NCBI GenBank assembly: GCA_031426335.1
Contig: JANPLC010000142.1
Location: 1-62,263 of the forward strand
Direction: 5' to 3'
Source: Planctomycetota bacterium
GTDB taxonomy: Bacteria; Planctomycetota; UBA11346
Length of the DNA: 62,263 bases
This document shows positions 9,014-18,390 of the stretch, piece after piece. Under the pieces are notes generated by a model, which searched no databases, was not told the origin of the DNA, and saw only the letters and a program-made list of their open reading frames with translations. A program made the translations under genes and the position numbers. The first letter of the stretch is position 1; each line of letters starts with the position of its first letter.

Positions 9014-10158
9014 TTCAAGCGCTTCCGGATGTCTTCACGGAAACGTTCGAAGAGATACAGCGGATCCGCTGGGCCGGGGCCGGCTTCCGGATGGTACTGG
9101 ACGCTGAACTGCGGCTTCTGTTCGTGTTCGATGCCGGCGCAGGTGTTGTCGTTCAGATTCACGTGGCTCATGCGCACGCCGGCCGGCAAGGTTTTGGGAT
9201 CGACCGCGAAACCGTGGTTGTGGCTGGCGATTTCCACCACGCCGTTGCTGACGCGTTTGATCGGATGATTCACGCCACGATGACCAAACTTGAGCTTGTA
9301 CGTCGAAGCACCGTAGGCGAGCGAGAGGATCTGATGGCCGAGGCAGATGCCGAAGAGCGGCAGGTCGGTCTTCACCAATTCCTTCACGGTTGCGATGCCA
9401 CCGGTGACGGCGGCAGGATCGCCGGGGCCGTTGGAGAGGAACAAGCCATCGGGCTTGAGTGCCAGAATGTCTTTCGCTGGATGACCAGCGGGCACCACGG
9501 TGACCTTGAAGCCGCACGCCACCAACAGACGCAGGATGTTGCGCTTGATGCCGAAATCGATCGCGACCACGTGCGCCTGACGTGGCAGCTTGTCGCCCGG
9601 AATCAGCGAGCCGAAGGTCGCGGCGCTGCTGGCCTCGGTCCACTCGTAGGGTTTCTTGGTGCCGACGTCGCTGGCGAGGTCGAGTCCGGCCATCGACGGC
9701 TGGTTCTTCGCCAGCGCCACCAGTTCGGCGTCGCTCTTGCTCTCATCGCTCGACAGCACCGCGTTCATCGCGCCGCTGACACGCAGCTTGCGAGTGATGG
9801 CGCGGGTATCGACGCCATCGATGGCGACGATGCCGGAACGGGCAAGGAACGCGGGCAGCGATTCGACCGAGCGGAAACTGGACGGCACATCGCAGCATTG
9901 GCGCATGACGAAACCGGCGGCCTGGATCTTCTCGCTTTCCATGTCGTCCGGGTTGATGCCGTAGTTGCCGATCTCCGGGTAGGTCATGGTGACGATCTGG
10001 CCGCGGTAGGACGGATCGCTGAGAACTTCCTGGTAACCGGTCATGCCGGTGTTGAACACCGCCTCGCCGCCGACGGTGCCCTTCGCTCCGACGCTGCGGC
10101 CGCGGAGCACGGTGCCGTCGGCGAAGGCGATGCGGGCGGGAGTGACGGCGGTCGGCAT
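9010..10158 (-). CDS. carA: Carbamoyl-phosphate synthase small (glutaminase) subunit
   Basis: FNTGMTGYQEVLSDPSYRGQIVTMTYPEIGNYG, the class-I amidotransferase triad region LFGICLGHQ, FGHRGVNHP and QYHPEAGPGP. The start is the ATG at 10158, and the upstream ORF extension has no homology. Confidence 0.95.
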   Translation of the reverse strand: MPTAVTPARIAFADGTVLRGRSVGAKGTVGGEAVFNTGMTGYQEVLSDPSYRGQIVTMTYPEIGNYGINPDDMESEKIQAAGFVMRQCCDVPSSFRSVESLPAFLARSGIVAIDGVDTRAITRKLRVSGAMNAVLSSDESKSDAELVALAKNQPSMAGLDLASDVGTKKPYEWTEASSAATFGSLIPGDKLPRQAHVVAIDFGIKRNILRLLVACGFKVTVVPAGHPAKDILALKPDGLFLSNGPGDPAAVTGGIATVKELVKTDLPLFGICLGHQILSLAYGASTYKLKFGHRGVNHPIKRVSNGVVEIASHNHGFAVDPKTLPAGVRMSHVNLNDNTCAGIEHEQKPQFSVQYHPEAGPGPADPLYLFERFREDIRKRLK

Positions 10159-10309
10159 GGAGGGCTCCCAAGCACGGGGGTGGGTAAAAAAGCTCGGGGA
10201 CGCTACGAAGGCCCCCCAGGCAGACAAGCACAGCCCAGCCGGCCCCAGCACGCCGGCCGCAGCCCTGCGCTTCCCCCTCGGGCGGCAGCGGCCACCATTC
10301 CCGGCCTCC

Positions 10310-13300
10310 ATGCCTGCTCCCCGTCCGTGGTCGAATCGCTTGTTGCTGCTCGTCGCCCTGTTGCCGGCGCTGGTAGCCACTGTCTGGGCGTTCCTGATCC
10401 TAGGCCGAGAAGGCCGGCGTGAGCACGAGACGCGCTTCTCTGTACAAGCCGACGAAGTCAGTGCCGGCATCCATGAACGCTTGCAGAACTGCCTGGATGT
10501 GTTGTGGGGTGGTCGCGGTCTGTTTGTCGCGTCGGAAATGGTCACTCAAGACGAGTTCCGCAACTACATCGCCGCCCTGCACCTGGATGAGCGGCATCCC
10601 ACCATCCGCGGCGTCGCCTTCGTCCAGCACGTACCAGTTGGTGGCCTGGATGCGGTGTTGGCGACCATTCGCAGCGAGCTCCCCAGCGTCGCGCCGACCG
10701 CCCTGGCGGACGGCGGCGCGGCCCACGCAGTGGTACGGTTCATCGAACCGTTGGCAGCCAATCAGCAAGCGCTGGGACTCGACGTCTTCGCCGAGCCGCT
10801 GCGGCGGGCTGCCCTGCAGGCCGCGCGCGACAGTGGCGAGGCGCAACTGACGGCACCGCTGTCGCTGGCGCAGGATCCCGGCGGTGCGCTCGGCTTCCTC
10901 CTGATGGTGCCGGTCTATCAGTCCGGTCCGCCACCGACCACGGTGGACGATCGACGGGCCCGCCTACGTGGCTGGGTCGATGCTCCGTTCACCAGCGCCG
11001 ATATCCTGCGCAGTCTGCCGCTGAATGAACAAATCGGAGTGCAGATCCGCGATATTACTGATGCCCAGCAACCGCTGCTGGTCGGTGATTCCGGTAATCT
11101 GGTCGCCACCTCCAACGTCCTCACCGCCCTGCGCCGTTTCTCTTTCGCCGGTCGCACCTGGGAGATCACCTTGCGCGCCAGCCAACCAGCGCTGCGGCAA
11201 GGCGCCCGCTCATGGACCGCGATGGTGAGCGGCCTACTGCTCAGCGGTTTGTTGGCCGCCCTGTTGTTCGGGCTCCAGTCGCGCCGCGAACGCGCCGAGT
11301 CCGCCGTCGCCCGTCAAGCGGTGGCGCTGCACCACAGCGAGGACCGTTGGCGTACGGCGATCGAGACCATCAACGACGGCTTCTGGGAGATCGATCTGGC
11401 CGATGACCGGGTGTCGTGCTCACGCCGCTGGCTCGAACACCTGGGCTACCAACCAGGTGCGATCCCCACCACCCGGGCGGCGTGGCGCGAGCTGATGCAT
11501 CCCGACGACCAGGAACGGGCACAACAGGCCCTGGCCGACCACCTCGCCGGACGCACCCCACTGTTCCTGCTCGACACCCGCATGCGTCACCGCGATGGCT
11601 CCTACCGCTGGATCCATGTGCGTGGACGGGCGCTGCTGGACGCCCACGGCCTGCCAGTGCAGGTGCTGGGGTCGAATACCGATATCACCGAGCAGAAACG
11701 CATCGCCGAACAGCTCGCGGCGAGCGAGGCTGGCTATCGTGCGGTGGTCGACCACCTGTCACTAGTGGTGTTCCGCACGGATGACGAGGGCCGCATCACC
11801 TTTCTCAACCACGCCTGGCTCGACCTTACTGGCGTGACGAACGAAACCGCGCTCGGCCAGCCGCTGCACGCGTTCTTCCATCCCGACGACCGCACCACCG
11901 TCACCGGCATGTTCACCCAGGTGGAGGGCCAGCGCTCGGGACGGCGCGAAATGCGGGTGCTCAACCGCACGCGCACCTACCGCTGGGCCGAAGTCGAAGT
12001 GCGACGGCTGGCCGCTGGCGGAAGTGGCTTCACCGGCACGCTCACGGATGTCACCCGGCGCAAACTCGCCGACCTCTCGATCCGCTCATCGGAAGAGAAG
12101 TTGCGGGCATTGTTCGAACTGTCGCCACTCGGCATCGCGCTGTGCCGCCTCGATGGTTCGCTGCTGCAGGTCAACCAGGCCTACTGCGATATCGTCGGCT
12201 CCAGCGCCGAGGAATGCCTGCGCCTGAGCTTCTGGGGAAACACCTCCCGCGAGGACCACGAGCAGGACCAGGAGCAGTTGCGTCTGCTCGCGGAACTTGG
12301 GCGGTACGGGCCGTACCAGAAAAGCTACCTGCGCAAGGACGGCCGCCCGGTGCCGGTGCTGCTCAACGGCATCCTCATCCGCGATATCAACGGCACGCAG
12401 CTGATCTGGTCCTTCGTCGAAGACATCACGCCGCGCCAGGCCGCCGAAGACGCGCTCAGGCATTCGCGCGATGCGGCCGAAGACGCCAGCCGGGCAAAGA
12501 GCGAATTCCTCGCCACCATGAGCCACGAGATCCGCACGCCGATGAACGGCATCATCGGCATGTCGCGTTTGTTGCTCGGTTCGACGCTGACGGCCGAGCA
12601 ACGCGAATTCACCGAGATCGTGCGTTCGAGCGCCGACAATCTGCTCAGCCTGCTCAACGACATCCTCGACCTTTCGAAGATCGAAGCCGGTCGATTGGAG
12701 CTGGAGGCCATCCCCTTCGACCTGCGCACCGTCATCGACGACGTGGTCTCGCTGATGGCCGGGCGCATCGTCGAACGCCGCCTGGAATGTGTGGTCGACT
12801 GCGATCCGCAGGTGGATTCGCGGGTGGTCGGCGACCCGGTGCGTCTGCGTCAGGTGCTGCTCAACCTGGTGTCGAATGCGGTGAAATTCACCCGCGCTGG
12901 CGAGGTCCTAGTGCGCGTGCGCTGCCATGGCGACGGACGCCTGCGCTTCGATGTCTGCGATACCGGCATCGGCATCGCCCGTGAGGTCCGCCAAGGCCTG
13001 TTCACCGCTTTTTCGCAGGCCGACAGCACCACTACCCGGCAGTACGGCGGCACCGGACTCGGTTTGGCGATCTGCAAACACCTAGTCGATTTGATGAAAG
13101 GCGAGATCAGCCTGGAGAGCGCCCCAGGTATCGGCAGCACCTTCTCGGTCCTGCTGCCGCTCAAACGGGCTGACGACCTGGTGCCGATGGACCCACCGCT
13201 GAGTGGCGCCGTGGTGCTGCAACATGTGTCGCCCACCATCCGCGATGCGCTCTGCCATCTGCTGCAGCACCTGGGACTCACGCCCTACGCCGTCGCTGCA

Positions 13301-14389
13301 CTGGCCGACATCCCCGCCGCGCTGGCGGAACTGCATGCGCTGGTGCTGCTGGATGGCGACCAGGACGGCGCACGCGACCTGGTCGCGGCGTTGGCTGCGC
13401 GCCAGCCACCGGTGCGCGTGGTGGTGATGACCCGTACTCCGCCGGCGTGGGCGGACCGCGCGCTGGCAACACCAGTGGCAAAACCGCTACGCACGTCGCG
13501 TCTGGAGGATGCCATCGCTCAGGCCCTGGGGCGGCGCCGTCCGTCGCGCGCGCTGAACACGGTGCTCGGCGCGCCGCCAGTGCGGCGCGGCCAGACCGTG
13601 CTGGTGGTGGAGGACAATCCCACCAACGAACGGGTGGCGGTGGCGATGCTGCAACGCCTCGGCTTCGATACCGCCACTGCGGTCAACGGCGTCGAGGCGC
13701 TGCGCGCACTCGAGCAGGCCGCCAAGGCGAAGCCGTTCACCCTGGTGCTGATGGACTGTCAGATGCCGGTGATGGACGGCTTCACCGCCACCAATGAATG
13801 GCGCCAGCGTGAACGCCGCGGCGCCGTCGCCGGACACTTGGCGATCGTGGCGCTGACCGCCAACGCCTTCGACAGCGACCGGCAACGCTGCCTGGACGTC
13901 GGTATGGATGATTTTCTCGCCAAGCCGCTCCAAGTCGAGGAACTGCTGGCGATGCTCGCGCGCGTGTTGCCCAAGGGCTCGCCGCCCCTGCCGGATGGCA
14001 ATCCGGCGCTGAGCACCACGCCGCCGATGGGCTCGTCGGTGCTCTTCGATCCCTCGCCACTGCGCCGTCTGCGCTCCGCCACCGGCGAGAAGAACATCAT
14101 GAGCGAAGTCGCCGACCTCTTCCGCGTCGACGCCACCACCCAGCTCGCTGATGTGCGTCGGCTAGCCGACGCTGGCGACAGCGCACAATTGGCGCGCGCC
14201 GCGCACAAGTTCAAGGGCGCCTGCCTGACCGTTGGCCTCAACGCCTGCGCCAATCTGGCGGAGGCAATTGACCACCTGTCCGTGATCGGCGACCTGGGCG
14301 CGGCCCGTCAGGCGTTGGCGGAACTGGAAGAGCAATTCCCCTCGGCACTCGCGGCGTTGGCGCAGTCGCTCGATAAGACTACGGACTGA
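10310..14389 (+). CDS. Hybrid sensor histidine kinase: TM-CHASE-TM, multiple PAS/PAC, HisKA-HATPase, an atypical receiver, a receiver, and Hpt
   Basis: The periplasmic block between two TM helices has CHASE character (EFRNYIAALHLDERHPTIRGVAFVQHV ... IEPLAANQQALGLDVFAEPLRRAALQAARDSGEAQLTAP). H-box ATMSHEIRTPMNGIIG, G-boxes DTGIGI / GGTGLGLAI, REC VLVVEDNPTNE...LVLMDCQMPVMDG, and Hpt AAHKFKGACLTVG. I chose the ATG at 10310, which immediately precedes the first TM helix. Confidence 0.9.
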   Translation: MPAPRPWSNRLLLLVALLPALVATVWAFLILGREGRREHETRFSVQADEVSAGIHERLQNCLDVLWGGRGLFVASEMVTQDEFRNYIAALHLDERHPTIRGVAFVQHVPVGGLDAVLATIRSELPSVAPTALADGGAAHAVVRFIEPLAANQQALGLDVFAEPLRRAALQAARDSGEAQLTAPLSLAQDPGGALGFLLMVPVYQSGPPPTTVDDRRARLRGWVDAPFTSADILRSLPLNEQIGVQIRDITDAQQPLLVGDSGNLVATSNVLTALRRFSFAGRTWEITLRASQPALRQGARSWTAMVSGLLLSGLLAALLFGLQSRRERAESAVARQAVALHHSEDRWRTAIETINDGFWEIDLADDRVSCSRRWLEHLGYQPGAIPTTRAAWRELMHPDDQERAQQALADHLAGRTPLFLLDTRMRHRDGSYRWIHVRGRALLDAHGLPVQVLGSNTDITEQKRIAEQLAASEAGYRAVVDHLSLVVFRTDDEGRITFLNHAWLDLTGVTNETALGQPLHAFFHPDDRTTVTGMFTQVEGQRSGRREMRVLNRTRTYRWAEVEVRRLAAGGSGFTGTLTDVTRRKLADLSIRSSEEKLRALFELSPLGIALCRLDGSLLQVNQAYCDIVGSSAEECLRLSFWGNTSREDHEQDQEQLRLLAELGRYGPYQKSYLRKDGRPVPVLLNGILIRDINGTQLIWSFVEDITPRQAAEDALRHSRDAAEDASRAKSEFLATMSHEIRTPMNGIIGMSRLLLGSTLTAEQREFTEIVRSSADNLLSLLNDILDLSKIEAGRLELEAIPFDLRTVIDDVVSLMAGRIVERRLECVVDCDPQVDSRVVGDPVRLRQVLLNLVSNAVKFTRAGEVLVRVRCHGDGRLRFDVCDTGIGIAREVRQGLFTAFSQADSTTTRQYGGTGLGLAICKHLVDLMKGEISLESAPGIGSTFSVLLPLKRADDLVPMDPPLSGAVVLQHVSPTIRDALCHLLQHLGLTPYAVAALADIPAALAELHALVLLDGDQDGARDLVAALAARQPPVRVVVMTRTPPAWADRALATPVAKPLRTSRLEDAIAQALGRRRPSRALNTVLGAPPVRRGQTVLVVEDNPTNERVAVAMLQRLGFDTATAVNGVEALRALEQAAKAKPFTLVLMDCQMPVMDGFTATNEWRQRERRGAVAGHLAIVALTANAFDSDRQRCLDVGMDDFLAKPLQVEELLAMLARVLPKGSPPLPDGNPALSTTPPMGSSVLFDPSPLRRLRSATGEKNIMSEVADLFRVDATTQLADVRRLADAGDSAQLARAAHKFKGACLTVGLNACANLAEAIDHLSVIGDLGAARQALAELEEQFPSALAALAQSLDKTTD

Positions 14390-14409
14390 TACCTGATAGA
14401 GGATCCAGG

Positions 14410-15774
14410 TCAGGCCAGCAGTTGCTTGACCACCTCGCCGTGCACATCGGTCAGACGGAAGTCGCGGCCGGCGTGGCGATAGGTCAGGCGTTCGTGGTCG
14501 AAACCGAGCAAGTGCAAGATCGTGGCGTGGAAGTCATGCACGTGGACTTTCTGGTCCGCGACGTTGATGCCGTGGTCGTCGGGGACACCGTAGGCGATGC
14601 CGCGTTTGGCGCCGCCGCCGCACATCCACGAGGAGAAACAATCCTTGTGGTGTTCGCGACCCTTGTGGTCCGCGGTGTCGACGTACGGCGTGCGGCCGAA
14701 TTCGGTGGTGCAGACCACCAGGGTGTCGTCGAGCATGCCGCGCTGTTTGAGGTCGGTGAGCAGCGCGGCGATCGGCTGATCGACGTTCTTCGCCAGCTTG
14801 GCGTGGTCCTGCATGTTGCCGTGCGAGTCCCAATTGTTGCTCGCGCCGGTGTCGATCAGTTCGATGAAACGCACGCCGCGTTCAGCGAGGCGACGCGCGA
14901 CCAGCGCCTGCCAGGCGAAGCCTTTTTTATCGCCACGTTTGAGGCCGTACAGTTCGTGCGTCGCATCGCTTTCACCCGACAGATCAAACGCCGCCGGGCC
15001 TTCTTGCTGCATGCCCGCCGCCGTTTCAAACGAGCGGATGCGCGCTGCCAGATTGCTGTCGTCGCTACGACCAGACAGATGGCGATCGTTGAAGGAACGG
15101 ATGAGTCCCAGTTCCAGATCCTGGAGGCCGGAGCTCGGCAGGATGCGGTTAAGATTCGCGATCGGTTCATCGCCAGGAATCAGCCGCGTGCCCTGATGGC
15201 AGGCCGGCAGAAAATCGTTCGCCCAAGTCTGGCCACCGGCGTAGGGCAGGTGTGGCGCAAGCACCATGAACGAGGGCAGATTTTTATTCTCGCTGCCGAG
15301 GCCGTAGCTGACCCACGAGCCAATGCTCGGGCGCGAGAACGTCACCGAGCCGGTGTGGATGCCGAGCGTGGCCTCAAAATGATTGCCATGATCGCCGACC
15401 AGCGAGTTGACGATGCACAGGTCGTCGGCGCGTTCGGCGATATGCGGGAACATCTCGCTGATCATCAGGCCACTCTGGCCACGCGGCTTGAACTCCCACT
15501 CCGGCTTTTTGAGAAAGCGTTTGTCGCCGATTTTCTTGCCTGCTTCCTCGATCAGTTTCGGCCGGTGGCAGAAGCTGTCGACGTGCGAAAAGCCGCCAGT
15601 GAGGAAGATGAAGATGACGCGTTTGGCCTTGCCGGGGAAATGCGCGGCCTTCGGCGCAAGCGGGTCGACCACCGCGGACTTGTCGGCGCCGATCAGGTCA
15701 GACAGCACCGCGGGCATCAGCAGCGAACCAGCCATCAACGACTGGAGCGCGGTACGACGAGTGATGGGAGTCAT
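14410..15774 (-). CDS. DUF1501 protein (Tat-exported, sulfatase-fold-like), partner of the upstream DUF1553 protein
   Basis: Twin-arginine leader MTPITRRTALQSL. Conserved DUF1501 blocks FGRTP, REHHKDCFSSWMCGGGAKRG and HDFHATILHLLGFDHERLTY. Confidence 0.9.
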   Translation of the reverse strand: MTPITRRTALQSLMAGSLLMPAVLSDLIGADKSAVVDPLAPKAAHFPGKAKRVIFIFLTGGFSHVDSFCHRPKLIEEAGKKIGDKRFLKKPEWEFKPRGQSGLMISEMFPHIAERADDLCIVNSLVGDHGNHFEATLGIHTGSVTFSRPSIGSWVSYGLGSENKNLPSFMVLAPHLPYAGGQTWANDFLPACHQGTRLIPGDEPIANLNRILPSSGLQDLELGLIRSFNDRHLSGRSDDSNLAARIRSFETAAGMQQEGPAAFDLSGESDATHELYGLKRGDKKGFAWQALVARRLAERGVRFIELIDTGASNNWDSHGNMQDHAKLAKNVDQPIAALLTDLKQRGMLDDTLVVCTTEFGRTPYVDTADHKGREHHKDCFSSWMCGGGAKRGIAYGVPDDHGINVADQKVHVHDFHATILHLLGFDHERLTYRHAGRDFRLTDVHGEVVKQLLA

Positions 15775-15815
15775 GGGTGGGATCCTTGAACGACGGACGG
15801 AAAGGCAAAAGAACT

Positions 15816-15921
15816 ATCAAACCGCAGAGACGCAGAGGTGAGAGGAGGGCCGCAGAGATGAAACTTCCAGGTCTGTCTGCTCTGCGGCCCTCTTCGTACC
15901 TCTGCGTCTCTGCGGTTTGAT
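15816..15921. repeat. Intergenic word-repeat hairpin element, CCGCAGAG type (copy 1 of 3)
   Basis: The 42-nt arms atcaaaccgcagagacgcagaggtgagaggagggccgcagag and ctctgcggccctcttcgtacctctgcgtctctgcggtttgat are reverse complements except for about 5 nt. The loop is 22 nt. The element sits between the DUF1553 stop and the DUF1501 start. Confidence 0.85.
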
Positions 15922-15939
15922 CGGCTGCCAGTTGGCAAT

Positions 15940-18390
15940 TCAATCGATGAACATGAACTCGTTGCTGGCGAACAGCGCGCGGACGAAACTGGTCAACGGC
16001 TTGGCGTTGGTCGCGTTCTCGGCCTTGGCCAAGTCTTCGAAGCGTTTGAGGTAGTCGACGCCGGCGCGGACCTCGTCCTCGCTCGCCGGACGCGCGAGCA
16101 CCATGACATAGGCCGCAGCGACGCGATTGAGCGGATCACCCGCCGTTTCCAGACGGCTGCTCAGCGCCTGCGCCTGATCTTGCATGAAGCGGCTGTTGAG
16201 CTGGAACAACGCCTGCAGCGGAGTGATGCTGGCGACGCGTTCACCGACCGCGCTGTTGGTGTCGGCGCCGTCGAAGATCTCGAAGAACGGATGTTTGCGG
16301 ATGCGCTGCTGCATGACGTAGACCGAGCGGTACGGGCTGTCGTAGACCGCCTGGAACGGCGCATGCTGGCTGTAATCTTTTTTGTTCAGCGAGGGGAATT
16401 CCTTGTGCGCTCCGGGCATGGCGCGGTCGAGGGTGCCGCTGACCACCAGCACGGCGTCGCGCACTTCCTCTGCCGACAAGCGCCGGCGGTTGAAGCGCCA
16501 ATGGCGGGTGTTGTCCGCATCCTTCACCAAGGCCTGCGGATCGTTGGTGGTTGCCAGACGGTAGGTGTGCGAGGTCATGATCTGACGGTGCATCTGTTTG
16601 AATGACCAACCGTTCTGCACCAGACGCAGCGCCAGCCAGTCGAGCAGTGCCTGGTTCGACGGCGTGCCGCCACGCAGACCGAAGTCATTGGTCGACGGCA
16701 CCAAACCACGGCCAAAATGCAGGTGCCAGAGGCGGTTCGCGGCGACGCGCGCCGTCAGCGGGTTTTTTGCGTCGGTCAGCCAACCGGCGAGGTCCAGGCG
16801 TCCGCTTCCCGCCGAGCCGTCCGGCAGTTTCTGTCCGCCAGCGATCTGCAGGAAGCCGCGGTGGACCTCGTCGCCGAGTTTCCAGCGTTCGCCGCGTTTC
16901 TGAATGCGTTCGTTGCGCGGGTCGCCCTCGGCCACGGCATAGGCGGTGGGGATTTCCTGCGGCAGTTCCTCGACCAGCGTGCGTCGTTCCTTCATCAGCT
17001 TGTTCATCGCATCGCGGATCTCGGTGTGGCCACGCGGCTCCTTCGGCGGCTCGCGGTTCTCCGCCTTGGCCTTCTTGATCTCCTCGCGGATCTTCCAGTC
17101 GTTCTCCTTTTCGTTACGCAGCACCGCATATTCCGCGTCGATCGCCAACACGCGGTCCTTTTTGTCACCGAGCAACTGGTCGCGTTCCTGGTCGCTGACC
17201 AGTTGCACGAAGCTGTGTTGGAAGCGGTATTCCTCCGACCCAGGGAACGGATACTTGGTCGACGCGAAGATGCCGTAGAGCGCATAGTAATCGCTGGTCG
17301 GGATGGGGTCGAACTTGTGGTCGTGGCAGCGCGCGCACGACAACGACAGTCCCATCATCACCCGCCCGGTGGTATCGATGGTGTCTTCGATGGTCAGGTG
17401 ATGATCGCTCTCCGGATTGACGCTGAAGCGCCGCGACAAGGCGATGAAGCCGGTGCCGATGGTCATCTCGCGGCGATGCGCGTCGTCGCGCGCGGGCAGC
17501 AAGTCGCCGGCGATCTGCTCACGCAGGAACTGGTCGTAGGGTTTGTCGGCATTGAACGAATCGATGACGTAGTTGCGGTAGCGAAAGGCCTGTGGCACCG
17601 GGTAGTCGGCGCTGTCGCCTTCGGTGTCGGCGTAGCGCGCCAGATCGAGCCAGTGCCGGCCCCAGCGTTCGCCGTAGCTCTTCGACGCCAGCAACCGGTC
17701 GATGACGGTGGCGAAGGCCTGCGGTGAATCGTCGGCGAGGAAGCGGTCGACCTCCTCCGCCGTCGGTGGCAGGCCGGTAAGATCGAACGTCGCGCGGCGG
17801 ATGAGCGTACGCTTGTCGGCATCACCGACCGGCTTGACGCCCGCCTCGGCGTGGCCGGCGGCGATGAAGCGGTCGATCTCGTTCTGGGCCCAACCGTCGC
17901 CAGCACTCGGCACGGCCGGCATGGTCAGCGGCTGGAACGACCAGTGCGATTTGGCGGCCAACAGTTCGGCCGCCGGATCACGGACCTTGGCGCCGGCGGC
18001 ATCCGGATGCGGGGCGCCCATGGCGACCCATTGCTCCAGCAGCTTTACTTTCTCTGGTGCCAGCCGCTCCTTCGGCGGCATGGCGGTGTCTTCGTCGAGC
18101 CAGCGCACCGCGTGGATGAGCGCGCTGGCGTCGAGTTTGCCTGGGACCAGCGAGGGCTTCTTGGAGGTGCCACCGGCGAGCATGCCGGCGTAGGTGTCGA
18201 CGCGCAGCGCACCCTTGAGCTTCTTCGCTTCGGCGCTGTGGCAGGAATAGCAGGCCTCGGCCAACAGCGGACGGATCTGGCGCTCGAAGAACTCGATGCC
18301 CGCGGGATCGCTGGCCGACGGCTCAGCGGCGGTCGCGCTTACCAGTGCAGCGAAAACGATGAGAACGCGGGTGGAGGGGCGGATACGCAT
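15940..18390 (-). CDS. PSCyt1 (cytochrome c) - DUF1549 - DUF1553 secreted protein
   Basis: Signal peptide, heme motif CYSCH in EACYSCHSAEAKKLKGALRVD, DUF1549 block NEIDRFIAAGH, and DUF1553 block CARCHDHKFDPI. Confidence 0.9.
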   Translation of the reverse strand: MRIRPSTRVLIVFAALVSATAAEPSASDPAGIEFFERQIRPLLAEACYSCHSAEAKKLKGALRVDTYAGMLAGGTSKKPSLVPGKLDASALIHAVRWLDEDTAMPPKERLAPEKVKLLEQWVAMGAPHPDAAGAKVRDPAAELLAAKSHWSFQPLTMPAVPSAGDGWAQNEIDRFIAAGHAEAGVKPVGDADKRTLIRRATFDLTGLPPTAEEVDRFLADDSPQAFATVIDRLLASKSYGERWGRHWLDLARYADTEGDSADYPVPQAFRYRNYVIDSFNADKPYDQFLREQIAGDLLPARDDAHRREMTIGTGFIALSRRFSVNPESDHHLTIEDTIDTTGRVMMGLSLSCARCHDHKFDPIPTSDYYALYGIFASTKYPFPGSEEYRFQHSFVQLVSDQERDQLLGDKKDRVLAIDAEYAVLRNEKENDWKIREEIKKAKAENREPPKEPRGHTEIRDAMNKLMKERRTLVEELPQEIPTAYAVAEGDPRNERIQKRGERWKLGDEVHRGFLQIAGGQKLPDGSAGSGRLDLAGWLTDAKNPLTARVAANRLWHLHFGRGLVPSTNDFGLRGGTPSNQALLDWLALRLVQNGWSFKQMHRQIMTSHTYRLATTNDPQALVKDADNTRHWRFNRRRLSAEEVRDAVLVVSGTLDRAMPGAHKEFPSLNKKDYSQHAPFQAVYDSPYRSVYVMQQRIRKHPFFEIFDGADTNSAVGERVASITPLQALFQLNSRFMQDQAQALSSRLETAGDPLNRVAAAYVMVLARPASEDEVRAGVDYLKRFEDLAKAENATNAKPLTSFVRALFASNEFMFID

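Noticed and set aside
10043-10309. Long N-terminal extensions in the ORF track: the hybrid kinase from 10043, carA to 10545, the HAD hydrolase to 38110, PhzF to 53023, and the EF-hand protein from 41970.
   Set aside because: The extensions overlap neighbouring genes or divergent promoter regions, lack homology, and are Arg/Pro-rich. Internal starts that coincide with signal peptides, TM helices, RBS-like motifs or ATGA/GTGA overlaps are more plausible.
15816-15921. Repeated CGCAGAG words could be mistaken for a small CRISPR array or a minisatellite.
   Set aside because: The words are only 7-8 nt long, they are directly adjacent with no spacers, and they are mirrored as a reverse complement 22 nt away, so the unit is a hairpin. 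No cas genes are in the window.
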